64,000 bases of DNA from Candidatus Multivoradales bacterium (GTDB taxonomy: Bacteria; Acidobacteriota; Thermoanaerobaculia; Multivoradales; J023): contig CBDFLE010000005.1 in NCBI GenBank assembly GCA_965248925.1, forward strand, positions 768,001-832,000, read 5' to 3'. A program made the position numbers and the translations under genes. The notes beneath the pieces are model-generated. The model was not told the DNA's origin, did no database searches, and saw only the letters and a program-made list of their open reading frames with translations. The number at the start of each line of letters is the position of its first letter. Position 1 is the first letter of the stretch. This document shows positions 20,169-29,514 of the stretch, in pieces.

Positions 20169-21157
20169 CCACGCTGCTGCAAGTGCGGAAGTTGACCAAG
20201 GTGTATCGGCTACGCGGCAAGTTGGGTAGGCATCATCGCTTCGCGGCGGTGGATGACGCCAGTTTCGACCTGAACATTGGCGAATGCCTGGCGTTGGTCG
20301 GAGAATCGGGTAGCGGCAAGACCACTCTGGCGTTGAGCATGCTGTGTCTGGTGGAGGTAGAGGCGGGCCGAGTTTTCTTCGATGGAGTGGACTTGCGGCA
20401 GCTCAGCGGCGCTCAGCTGCGTCGCCAGCGGCGACATTTTCAGATGGTCTTTCAAGACTCCGGCGAGGCACTCAATCCGCGTCAGCGGGTAGGTTGTCAG
20501 ATTGCCGAACCGCTGGCCATCCACCGCTTGGCCACCCCGGCGGAACGCCCACGACGAGTGGTCGAACTGCTCGATCAAGTAGGACTGCCGGCCAGCATTG
20601 CCGAGCGCTTCCCGCACCAGCTTTCAGGTGGCCAGCGGCAGCGGGTTGGAATCGCCCGCGCCTTGGCCACCGGTCCTCGTTTGTTGGTGCTCGACGAGCC
20701 GGTTTCTGCCCTCGATGTATCGGTCCAGGCGCAGATTCTCGAGCTGCTGGCGGATTTGCAGCAGAGCCTGGGACTCGCCATGATCCTAGTGTCCCATGAC
20801 CTGGCGGTGGTCGAGCAACTGGCCGACCGGGTGCTGGTGATGTACCTGGGCCGACTGGTCGAGGACGGGCGGCGTCAGCAGTTGTTCTCGACCCCTGGCC
20901 ATCCCTACACCGCTAGCCTACTGGCGGCGGTGCCGAACCCCGACTCCACTGCCCAACAAGAACTGGCGCCAGCGTCAGGGGAGGTGGCTAGTTTCCTCAA
21001 CCTACCGGCGGGCTGTGCTTTTCATCCCCGCTGCCCCCTGGCCCGCCAGCTGTGCCGAGAGCAACGCCCGGAGCTACGCCAGATCAGCGAAGGACGCCAC
21101 GTCGCCTGCCATTTCGCCGAGGAATTGCTTGACGAGCAGGTGGTGGAGACCGCATAA
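20165..21157 (+). CDS. Oligopeptide/dipeptide ABC transporter ATPase (OppF/DppF family)
   Basis: [38 protein letters not shown]...VACH. Confidence 0.95.
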   Translation: MTTLLQVRKLTKVYRLRGKLGRHHRFAAVDDASFDLNIGECLALVGESGSGKTTLALSMLCLVEVEAGRVFFDGVDLRQLSGAQLRRQRRHFQMVFQDSGEALNPRQRVGCQIAEPLAIHRLATPAERPRRVVELLDQVGLPASIAERFPHQLSGGQRQRVGIARALATGPRLLVLDEPVSALDVSVQAQILELLADLQQSLGLAMILVSHDLAVVEQLADRVLVMYLGRLVEDGRRQQLFSTPGHPYTASLLAAVPNPDSTAQQELAPASGEVASFLNLPAGCAFHPRCPLARQLCREQRPELRQISEGRHVACHFAEELLDEQVVETA

Positions 21158-21245
21158 CAGGCTCGCGCAGACCGCGGCCGGCAGGGTAACCTTGGCGCTT
21201 CGCCAGCGTATTGACTAGCGGCCTGTTGAATACCGCCAAATTTGC

Positions 21246-21309
21246 TACGCCGTGCAGAAAGTACGCAATGCAGAAAGTAGGCAGTGCAGAAAGTACGCAG
21301 TGCAGAAAC
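21246..21309 (+). repeat. Four tandem 16-bp direct repeats upstream of the TolC-family gene
   Basis: TACGCCGTGCAGAAAG / TACGCAATGCAGAAAG / TAGGCAGTGCAGAAAG / TACGCAGTGCAGAAAC. Confidence 0.9.
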
Positions 21310-21376
21310 GGAAGCTGTAAGCACACTCTCCCGTCGGCAGTCCCCCGGACGGGTTCAAGGAAGAAGGAAGTCGCGG

Positions 21377-22954
21377 ATGAAGAATGGACCCACGATCCCC
21401 AACGCTCTAGCGCTCATGATCGCCCTGGCGGTCTTGCTAGTCCCGTCCCTGGCAGCCGAGTCGCTGCTGACCACTGCCGACTATGAACTCGCCGACTCAG
21501 GTCTGTCGACCGACGGTGAGACCATTGCCCTGACCCTCGAAGACGCCATCGGCATCGCCCTGCGGCGCAATCTCGATTTGCATGTCCAGCGCTACCAGCG
21601 AAGCCGTTCACTGCTCGGCATTCTGCAGAACCAGGGGATCTACGATCTCAATCTAAGCGGCAATCTCGACACCCGCGAGAGCAACTCACCTTCTTCGAGC
21701 CAGTTGCAGAGCGCCTCGAGTGAGAACGCCAACGCCAACCTGCAGCTCGATCGGAGAATTCTCACCGGCGCCGATTTGCGCTTGACTTGGAACAACGGAC
21801 GCTCAGAATCTGACCTTAGTTTCAACACCTTGAATCCGTCCTACAGTTCTGGCCTACAGCTTGGCTTCACCCAGCCGCTGATGCGCAATTTCGGCCGCCT
21901 AGCCACCGAGCGCAGCCTGATCGTGGCGCGCACCAACGTGGCGATCAACCACGAGGATTTTCAAGTACAGGTCGAAACGGTGGTCGAGGATGTTTCCACC
22001 GCCTATTGGGACGTGGTGCAGTCCCGCGAGCAGCTGCAGGTTTCCCAAGAGAGTCTGCGCCTGGCCGAAGAACTGCACAACATGAACCGAATTCAGGTCG
22101 AGGTTGGCACCCTGGCACCCTTGGAGTTGGTGCGCAGCGAAGCCGGCGTAGCCAGTCGGCAAGAAGACATCATTCGCTTTCGCGCCGACGTCGAAGATGC
22201 CGAAGATCGCCTGCGCCAGCTGCTCAACCTGAACCAGGGCCCGCTTTGGGCCACTCCGATCGAACCGACGACCGATCCGCAAATGGAGTTTCGCCAGATC
22301 GATCTGGATTCAGCGATCGAGATCGCGCTGGCGCAACGGCCGGAGATCCGCCGGCAGCAGCTGAATCTCGACAACCTCGAAGTCGAAGCGCGCTTCCAAC
22401 GCAATCAGCTCAAGCCGCGCCTCGATCTGACCGCCGGCTATGGCCTCAGCGGTACCGATGGCACCTCCCTCGATCCGAACGTCGAAGGCGGTGGCTACAG
22501 TGGCGCTCTGGAGCAGGTTCTTAAAGCCGATTTCACCGGCTGGTCAGTGGGTCTCAATTTCGCTTTCCCGCTCCAAAACCGGGCCGCCCGCGCCACCAAA
22601 GCGCAGGCCGAATTGGCCCTCGAACAGGGCCTCGTGGAACTAGAACGAGAGCGTCAGACGGTGATCACGCAAGTCCGCCGCTCAGCCCGCGCCCTGCGCA
22701 CCGCCGAAGAGCAGATCCGCTCGGCCAAGGTGACCAGCCGTTTGCAGTTGAAGAACCTCGAAGCCGAGCAACGGCGCTACGAGAACGGCTTGGCCACCAG
22801 CTTCCAGATTCTCGAGACCCAGGAAGATCTCTCCAACGCCCGCAGCCGAGAAGTCAACGCGGTGTCTACCTACCGCCGCCGGCTTCTGAGTTTCGACCGC
22901 TCGGTAGGCAAGTTGCTCGAGAGTTACGGCATCGTTCTCGAAGCTGGCGACTGA
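21377..22954 (+). CDS. TolC family outer-membrane efflux protein
   Basis: Signal peptide, LTLEDAIGIALRRN, FTQPL, AYWDVV, RPEI, YENGLATSFQILETQEDL. Confidence 0.92.
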   Translation: MKNGPTIPNALALMIALAVLLVPSLAAESLLTTADYELADSGLSTDGETIALTLEDAIGIALRRNLDLHVQRYQRSRSLLGILQNQGIYDLNLSGNLDTRESNSPSSSQLQSASSENANANLQLDRRILTGADLRLTWNNGRSESDLSFNTLNPSYSSGLQLGFTQPLMRNFGRLATERSLIVARTNVAINHEDFQVQVETVVEDVSTAYWDVVQSREQLQVSQESLRLAEELHNMNRIQVEVGTLAPLELVRSEAGVASRQEDIIRFRADVEDAEDRLRQLLNLNQGPLWATPIEPTTDPQMEFRQIDLDSAIEIALAQRPEIRRQQLNLDNLEVEARFQRNQLKPRLDLTAGYGLSGTDGTSLDPNVEGGGYSGALEQVLKADFTGWSVGLNFAFPLQNRAARATKAQAELALEQGLVELERERQTVITQVRRSARALRTAEEQIRSAKVTSRLQLKNLEAEQRRYENGLATSFQILETQEDLSNARSREVNAVSTYRRRLLSFDRSVGKLLESYGIVLEAGD

Positions 22955-22982
22955 TCAGCTGACTACTTAGTCACCGAGCAAG

Positions 22983-23022
22983 ACCAAGACGCCGACGGCC
23001 AGCGAGCCCTCGGCGTCTTGGT
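22983..23022. terminator. Stem-loop between convergent genes
   Basis: Perfect 13-bp inverted repeat ACCAAGACGCCGA / TCGGCGTCTTGGT. Confidence 0.75.
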
Positions 23023-23087
23023 TTACCCGTTAGCGAGTGGCGACCGATCAACTCGGCCGCCACTCGCCAGGGCCAATCCACACGGAA

Positions 23088-26000
23088 TCAGTCGAGACTG
23101 CTGATCCAGCCTTCCAGTGTCCCCTGGGTGCAACCAAAGAAAAACTGACCGTTGCCCGCACCGGTCGCGGTCAAGATCTGCTCGCAGGAGCAGCCACCGG
23201 TGTCACCGAGGGTGAAGATCAGGTCGTCGTGCGGCCCCGGCGGGGTGTCGAAAACACCATCGCCGTCCACTAACGCCCAATGGTTCTTCTTGAGCGTACG
23301 GGTAGGCACCGCCTCTGGGATCTCCGTGCCGGGACAGCGGTCATCGCAGGCGTCGGCCAGGCCATCGCCGTCGGCGTCGGCTTGATCGGGATTGGGTACC
23401 GCCGGGCAGTTGTCCAGATCGTCACCGATGCCGTCGCCATCGCCGTCACCAGCGAGGAACAGCACCAGGCCGTCGTGGTCCGAGGCCCGCAGCGGGGTGG
23501 TCGGGTCGTCGAGCAGAATCCGCGCCGCGTCGGCATTGCCGCGTCCATATTCCAGGCCGCGCACCAGGGCATCGAGATGGCTCGAGGTCAGGGCGTGGTC
23601 GAGGGTTTGGGAACTGCCTCTGAAGTTGAACGAGTAGCGTTCAGCGGCTGGCAAAGCCAGAGTCTCGATCAGTAGGTTCGGATCCACCAGATCGGCAGCC
23701 GAGAGCAGGTTGTCGGCCGGGGTGAAGTTGCCGGCCATTTGCCCCACCACATCGACAAAGCCATCGGTGAACTCGAAGGCGTTGTAGTCACCGGTCACCA
23801 CCAGGTTGACGTCCGGATCGGTGGTTTGCAGGTCCTGGACGATCTGGGCGATCGACTGGGCTTGCTCAAGCCGCTTCTGCCGCACTCGTGGACCACTTCC
23901 TGGATCAGCATCGATCCCGTTCAACGACCGGTTGTGGACCACCAAGACGCTGATCGGAGTTGGCAGGGTACTGCCCAGGTAGCTGCCTTCGAACAGCAGC
24001 GGCGGACGATCATGCAGCAGACTGCCGTCAAAAGTCAGTAGCTCGGCGGCAGCTAGCTGGGTTATAGCGTCGACCTGGATCACATCTTCGCGCACCAAGA
24101 AGCCGACATCGATGCCGCCCTGGTCGTTACCTTCGGTCAGGAATGCGGTGTAAAGCACGGCCGCATCGTCGGCGAAGATCCGGGTCGCCAGTTCGCTCAG
24201 CGTGGCGATGTTCTCCACTTCCTCAACCGCCAGAATGTCGGGCGCCAAGAGCACCTCTCGGATGTAGAGGGAGAACTTGGTCAGCCGGGTCTGGAACTCG
24301 GCGGTCGAGACCAGAGTGCCGCCGTGGTCCATCGGATCGACGATGTCATTGAACAGGCGGAACAGGTTCAATGAACCCACCGTGAACTCACCCGCCGCCG
24401 TCGCCCGCACCGCCACCGGTAACGTCGCCGGGGTGATGCTGAGGGAAGCGGGGAAGAGTTCATAGCCACCGAACTCGAAACCGATCACACCGACGGCATC
24501 AAAGCTCGAACCGGCGGCAATGATCTGGTTGGGCAGTCCAAGGCGGTCGGGATCGAGCTCGAAGACCTCGGGATTGCCATCCCACACCGGCAGCCCAACG
24601 ATCCCCGGGAATTCGATACCCGGCTCGCGGAAGCTGCGGTTGGGACCGGCAACGATGTGTACCTCGGCGATCGGATCCGAGCCGAAACTCTGGTTCGAGC
24701 CCACCACGGTACCGCCGACGATCTCCACCAACATGCCTTCTAAGCGCTCCAACTCGATTGGCGACACCGGTTGCAGCGGCGAAGGAGTGTTGGCATCGAG
24801 GGTCACGGCGGCCGGTATGGCGCCACCAGTGGCGGTCACCATCACGGTGAGCGGCGCCGTCAGCTCGGTGAAGCCAAAGAACTCCTGCACCACACCGGTG
24901 ATATCGACCATGTCACCCACCGCCACCGTCGGTGGTGTGGTGGTGAAGACGAAGATGCCGTCCGAGGTGTCGCTATCGCCATCGCTGCGCACCGTCGGTG
25001 TTTGGATGAAAAAGCCATCCGGTGCCAGCACGGTGACCACGTTGGCCTCGGTCGCCACTTCAGAACCGTCAAAAGGTGAGGTCAGGCCGTTGCCTTGGAG
25101 CTCGAAAATCTCCAGCACCACCAGGGCGCAAGTATTCTCCGCCGCCGGGGTCGGCGCCGCTTGCTGATAGCCAGCGGTGTTGAAGGCACCGCCAGCCCCA
25201 TTCGGGCAGCGCTGGTTGGAGTGGCCATCCTTATTGCCACCGCCGGCTTCGTTGACCTGCGGCTCGCCTGGGTTGAGCAACACCAGCAGACCGGCGTCGT
25301 CGCCGTCGTCGGTGTCGTAGACCAAGGCATCGACCAGATCGGCGATGCTCACCGCCGTGCCATTGGGGAAGTCGGCCGCGTCGCCAGCGTAAATGGCGAT
25401 CGCATCGGCACCGTTCTGCAGGCCGTTGGAGCTGAAGACCACATCCGGCGCCGGCACCAGGCCAGCATTGCCGAGCAGCAGATAACCATTGGCATCGGTG
25501 GTCAGGCCGTCGAGATCGAAGGCGTTGTACACCGTGTCGCTAGAGCCGTTGTAGAGCACCACTACCAGGCCATCGAGAGCGGTGCTGCCGCTGCCGCCGT
25601 CGAATAGTTCGATGAACTCCAGAGTGTCGGTGCCGGCGGTATCCGCATCCGCTTCATTGATCCACAGATCGGGTAGGGGGCAGAAGTTATCCGCCGCCGG
25701 GGTGGGTGGATTCTGCAGATAGCCGGCGGTGTTGCGCCCGCCACCGACGCCGTTGGGGCAGCGCTGGTTGGAGTGGGCATCCTTATCCCCGGCTCCACCT
25801 TCGTTGACTTGCGGCTGACCGGCGTTGAGCAGCACCAGGAGACCGGCGTCATCGCCGTCGTTGGTGTCGTAGACCAAGGCATCGATCAGGTTGGCGGTGG
25901 TTACCGCCGTGCCATTGGCGAAGTCGGCCGCGTCGGCAGCATAGATCGCCACCGCGTCGGCGCCGTTCTGCAAGCCGTTGGAGCCGAAAACGATATCCGG

Positions 26001-27632
26001 CGCCGGGCTCACCCCGACATTGCCGAGCAAGAAATAGCCATTGACATCGGTGGTGAACCCGTCGAGGTCGAAAGCGTTGTAAACCGTATCGCTGGAACCG
26101 TTGTAGAGCACCACCACCAGGCCGTCGAGAACGGTGCCGCCGCTGCCGCCGTCGAACAACTCGATGAACTCGAGCACGTCGGTGCCGGCGGTGTCGGCGT
26201 CAGCTTCGTTGATCAGCACGTCGCCGACCATCGGTACCGGGCAGTTGTTGTCTGCCGCCGGGCTGGGGGTGTCCTGGAGGTAGCCGGAAGTGTTGAGGCC
26301 ACCGCCGGCGCCGTTCGGGCAGCGCTGATTGGAGTGGCCGTCCTTGTCGCCTGCGCCACCCTCGTTGACCTGTGGCTCGCCGGCATTGAGCAGCGCCAGC
26401 AGGCCCGCGTCATCGCCATCGTTGGTGTCATAGACCAGCGCGTCCAGCAGGTTGGCGGTAGCTAGCGCCGTACCGTTAGGGAAGTCGGCCGCGTCGCCAA
26501 CATAGAGGGCGATCGCGTCGGCACCATTCTGTAGGCCGTTAGAGGGGAAGATGATGGCGGGAGTCGGCGAGACCGCAGCGTTGCCGAGCAGGAAGTAGCC
26601 ACTGGCATCGGTAGTGAAGCCATCGAGATCGAACGCATTGTAGACCGTGTCGCTGGAGCCGTTGTAAAGCACCACCACGAGACCGTCGAGGGCGGTGGTA
26701 CCACTGCCACCGTCGAACAACTCTATAAACTCGAGCACGTCGGTGCTGGCGGTGTCGGCGTCAGCCTCATTGATCAGGATTGGCGGTACGGCCGGCGCCA
26801 GCGCTTCACAGACACCGGGGTTAGGAGCGGTGAAAGCGCTGTCCCAGGTGTTCTGGATTTGCTCCGAAGTCTCGTCGTCGCCGGTAGCACCATTGGCACC
26901 GCTGGTCTCGTTGCCGGCTTCCAGGGTCAGCCGCTTGGTGGAGGTACCAAAGCCCGGATCGGCACTCTGCTGCGGCATGGTGAAGGCATCGGTGCCATAG
27001 GCGGTGGCGCTAGTGTCGGCATCGGGTCCATCGACCGCCACACTCGTCTTGTCGCCGATATCGTTAGCGGCCGATGGCGTGCCGATATTCAGCATGTCGA
27101 CGTCCTGCACCAGATCGCTGGCCCCATCCCAAGTGAACAGCACCGCGTTCTCGCCACTGTTGGTCAGTCCGGCACTGGCACCAAGGTCGGTGGGGATCAT
27201 GTCCGGCGTGCCCGCGTCGGTACCCGAGATTTCGAAATCGGCAGCAGTGCCGAAGGCGGCCAGGAAACCAGCACCGTCGAAAGCGATCACCGCCACCTGT
27301 CCCGGCGCCAGGCTAGAACCGGCGGGGAAGCGGACGATGAAGTCCGAGCTACCGATCGACGGCGTCGGCCCGGTACCACTAGCAGCCGGCAAAAGGGCAT
27401 AGCTAGCGTCGTCAGCAAGGTAGAAATCATCCAACCCCACCGCCGCCGCGGTCGGATTGACGATTTCCAAGAACTCACTGGCGGTCGGCGTCACCACTGC
27501 CTCACAGAGCAGCAAATGGTCGTCAGTAGCCCCGGCTGGCACCACCAGCATCCCGGTAGCCCACAGAATTAGCGCGGCTGTCCGCAGGAGCAGCCACCGC
27601 CTTGGGGAGGTAGATTGGAAGGATCGGAACAT
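23088..27632 (-). CDS. Large secreted ExeM/NucH-like nuclease: lamin-tail-like domains, OB-fold, EEP domain, TSP3-like repeat
   Basis: AGGAG RBS and signal peptide; IFELQG..SPFDG and GFFIQ (OB); EEP motifs NLFRL, EEVEN, GDYN, LDH, SDHD; DGDGIGDDLDNCP..NPDQADADGDG. Confidence 0.85.
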   Translation of the reverse strand: MFRSFQSTSPRRWLLLRTAALILWATGMLVVPAGATDDHLLLCEAVVTPTASEFLEIVNPTAAAVGLDDFYLADDASYALLPAASGTGPTPSIGSSDFIVRFPAGSSLAPGQVAVIAFDGAGFLAAFGTAADFEISGTDAGTPDMIPTDLGASAGLTNSGENAVLFTWDGASDLVQDVDMLNIGTPSAANDIGDKTSVAVDGPDADTSATAYGTDAFTMPQQSADPGFGTSTKRLTLEAGNETSGANGATGDDETSEQIQNTWDSAFTAPNPGVCEALAPAVPPILINEADADTASTDVLEFIELFDGGSGTTALDGLVVVLYNGSSDTVYNAFDLDGFTTDASGYFLLGNAAVSPTPAIIFPSNGLQNGADAIALYVGDAADFPNGTALATANLLDALVYDTNDGDDAGLLALLNAGEPQVNEGGAGDKDGHSNQRCPNGAGGGLNTSGYLQDTPSPAADNNCPVPMVGDVLINEADADTAGTDVLEFIELFDGGSGGTVLDGLVVVLYNGSSDTVYNAFDLDGFTTDVNGYFLLGNVGVSPAPDIVFGSNGLQNGADAVAIYAADAADFANGTAVTTANLIDALVYDTNDGDDAGLLVLLNAGQPQVNEGGAGDKDAHSNQRCPNGVGGGRNTAGYLQNPPTPAADNFCPLPDLWINEADADTAGTDTLEFIELFDGGSGSTALDGLVVVLYNGSSDTVYNAFDLDGLTTDANGYLLLGNAGLVPAPDVVFSSNGLQNGADAIAIYAGDAADFPNGTAVSIADLVDALVYDTDDGDDAGLLVLLNPGEPQVNEAGGGNKDGHSNQRCPNGAGGAFNTAGYQQAAPTPAAENTCALVVLEIFELQGNGLTSPFDGSEVATEANVVTVLAPDGFFIQTPTVRSDGDSDTSDGIFVFTTTPPTVAVGDMVDITGVVQEFFGFTELTAPLTVMVTATGGAIPAAVTLDANTPSPLQPVSPIELERLEGMLVEIVGGTVVGSNQSFGSDPIAEVHIVAGPNRSFREPGIEFPGIVGLPVWDGNPEVFELDPDRLGLPNQIIAAGSSFDAVGVIGFEFGGYELFPASLSITPATLPVAVRATAAGEFTVGSLNLFRLFNDIVDPMDHGGTLVSTAEFQTRLTKFSLYIREVLLAPDILAVEEVENIATLSELATRIFADDAAVLYTAFLTEGNDQGGIDVGFLVREDVIQVDAITQLAAAELLTFDGSLLHDRPPLLFEGSYLGSTLPTPISVLVVHNRSLNGIDADPGSGPRVRQKRLEQAQSIAQIVQDLQTTDPDVNLVVTGDYNAFEFTDGFVDVVGQMAGNFTPADNLLSAADLVDPNLLIETLALPAAERYSFNFRGSSQTLDHALTSSHLDALVRGLEYGRGNADAARILLDDPTTPLRASDHDGLVLFLAGDGDGDGIGDDLDNCPAVPNPDQADADGDGLADACDDRCPGTEIPEAVPTRTLKKNHWALVDGDGVFDTPPGPHDDLIFTLGDTGGCSCEQILTATGAGNGQFFFGCTQGTLEGWISSLD
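25128..26780 (-). repeat. Three tandem ~185-aa domain repeats inside the nuclease gene
   Basis: Units start (I/V/L)(L/W)INEADADT at about 26780, 26219 and 25667 and end RCPNG...P(S/T)PAA(D/E)NxC. Confidence 0.92.
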
Positions 27633-28019
27633 GGACTTTCTCCTAGGTACAGAAATTTTCTGTCTGCAATACAAACATACCCAAAAACAGAGAAATAGCT
27701 CAGGAGTGCCAAAGACCCGCGGGTCAAGTCGGCAACAGAGCCTAGAGGGGATCGACTAAGTGAATCGCCCTGAAGTATAGCGCGCGGCCAGAATCCGCGG
27801 CTGGGGAGGTGCCAGGGACTGAAGGGTAGCGGTAGGTGTTTAGGACAGCTCAACGCTCTCAGCGCTAGCAAGCCGCCCGTCGCTAGACCTTCCTACTCGG
27901 CAATTCTGCTCGCCGCAGCAACGTAGTTCCGGGACGCTGCTAGCCTGCCGACCTGCCCAAATTCAGTCGCAGAGAGCAATGAAGCCCCCCGGCTGATTGG
28001 GTGGAGAGAGCTTGGTCTG

Positions 28020-28106
28020 ATGTCTATTGCTGACAGGCAGAACAACTTGGAACTTGGTGGAATCACTCCAGGCGGGCTTGGCGTGGTAATTGATCCGTCC
28101 GGATAG
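28020..28106 (+). CDS. Candidate 28-aa small ORF MSIADRQNNLELGGITPGGLGVVIDPSG
   Basis: ATG at 28020, TAG at 28104-28106; GGAGAGAG upstream and a hairpin downstream. Below the ORF-track cut-off. Confidence 0.35.
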   Translation: MSIADRQNNLELGGITPGGLGVVIDPSG

Positions 28107-28294
28107 GAGCGTGTTGGCGACGGTCGCGCGCCTGGCCGACCGTCACACTACTCTTTATCCCAAGAGGCTCGCGCCCCTATTCCGCGACTGCGGGCAATGC
28201 ACCGTCTAGACCCGGACCGGGCGAGAAGCGCCACCGCCAGCAGGTCGGGCTCTTGCAGTTGCAGAGCAACAGCCGGTCGCCATCTCGTCGCGGC

Positions 28295-28837
28295 TCAGAG
28301 CAGCCGAATCTTCAAGAACTGATCCAGCAGAATCAGGATCGAAGAAAACAACATCACCGTGAGGGTGGTGCCTACCTGGAACCGAGTCCTGAAGGCCGCG
28401 CTCCGGGAAGCCTGAATCACCATAGCTAGGAGAGCGAGCGAGACCAGAACCGGCAGGGTGTAGGTCCCCAAGCCTAGAGCCTGGCTCACCCTGCCTTCGT
28501 CGTTGAGGTTGATCAAGTTCATTGCCCCGGCCAACAGCCGCATGTAGAACGGGACGAAAACAAAAGGGTAGAGTTCCGCCGACGACGCCCTCCGAAGGAG
28601 CACAAATACGACTCCGGCCTGCACCAGAGTGATGATGGGTCCCGCGGCGCTGACCACCAAGCTGTGCCAGGCAGCATGGTACTCACCCTGCACCAACCCA
28701 GCGGAGTTGAGGGTCATGCGCATCTGGTAACCGAGCAGCGTGCCGGCGGCCCAGTGGGCCAACTCGTGAATCAGCCAGGTAGAGGCGACCGCGGTGGCCA
28801 CCCACAGGAGGTACAAGAGGCGGTTCTTGGAACTCAT
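28295..28837 (-). CDS. Membrane protein with HExxH (site-2 protease/M50-like)
   Basis: IHELAH in TM1, then SAAGP and NDEG; several TM segments; GAGGGA upstream of the ATG. Confidence 0.7.
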   Translation of the reverse strand: MSSKNRLLYLLWVATAVASTWLIHELAHWAAGTLLGYQMRMTLNSAGLVQGEYHAAWHSLVVSAAGPIITLVQAGVVFVLLRRASSAELYPFVFVPFYMRLLAGAMNLINLNDEGRVSQALGLGTYTLPVLVSLALLAMVIQASRSAAFRTRFQVGTTLTVMLFSSILILLDQFLKIRLL

Positions 28838-29044
28838 GGAGGATTCCCTCGGAACGGTGGTGCGGAGTGAACATCGGGTCGTGTCCGTCGCCCTACGAGG
28901 CTCCAGCTCATGCGGTTTCGGTCTTTCCCCTCTTTTTACTCCTCTTCGATCTGCCCTGGAGGAGGCAGCGCTCGACAAGGACGCCGAGCTAGAGCTACTA
29001 GTCGAGCAGCTCGCCAGCGATCTGGGAGCCATGCCCGAGCGGGG

Positions 29045-29057
29045 TAACCTGTTGATT
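29045..29057 (-). promoter_or_regulatory. IHF consensus site directly 3' of tRNA-Leu
   Basis: AATCAACAGGTTA matches WATCAANNNNTTR, 6 nt past the CCA end. Confidence 0.55.
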
Positions 29058-29063
29058 TGATGA

Positions 29064-29149
29064 TGGTGCCGGAGGAGGGAGTCGAACCCACACACCCGTA
29101 AGGATAACGGATTTTGAATCCGTCGCGTCTACCGTTCCGCCACTCCGGC
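29064..29149 (-). tRNA. tRNA-Leu(CAA)
   Basis: GCCGGAG acceptor stem, anticodon arm ACGGA-TTCAAAA-TCCGT, long variable arm, GTTCGAC T-loop, encoded CCA. Confidence 0.98.
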
Positions 29150-29198
29150 AAGGGGCAATCTCGACACGCTCAACAGGCGTTGAACGCATGATCGGGTG

Positions 29199-29227
29199 AT
29201 GGTAGGGCGCGGTGATCTCGGTGTCAA
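29199..29227 (-). promoter_or_regulatory. Sigma70 promoter of tRNA-Leu
   Basis: TTGACA-17 nt-TACCAT on the minus strand. Confidence 0.7.
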
Positions 29228-29269
29228 CCGGTAGAGGGGCAAAAAGCTCGCCGAATCGCCTCTCCGCTC

Positions 29270-29298
29270 TTGACCCTAAGCCCATTCTGGTGTATGGT
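29270..29298 (+). promoter_or_regulatory. Sigma70 promoter facing carD
   Basis: TTGACC-17 nt-TATGGT, back-to-back with the tRNA promoter. Confidence 0.6.
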
Positions 29299-29514
29299 TT
29301 AGGGGTTGACAGGTGATTTTTCAATGCATCTTCGACGCGGCGAAAAAAAGCCCTGCTGCAGTGCTTCCCGATTTTGAAATTCCTAGCTGCAAATCAGTAC
29401 CATGATCGGCCCTCTGCCGGCCGGGCGGTCCTCTGCCCACGCCGGCTCAATGCAGGCGCTGGCTGGTAAGTGGCGAGTTAAAAAGCTAAACCCCGTGCAA
29501 GGAAAGGGGCTCCG

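Noticed and set aside
21246-21309. CRISPR array
   Set aside because: The 16-bp units are contiguous with no spacers, and there are no cas genes in the window.
27696-27712. Sigma-54 promoter for the nuclease gene (TTGGCAC...GC on the minus strand)
   Set aside because: GG-to-GC spacing is 9 nt rather than the required 10, and the TTGC is missing.
23000-29063. Intact prophage or integrative element at tRNA-Leu
   Set aside because: No integrase, phage genes or duplicated tRNA 3' end was found.
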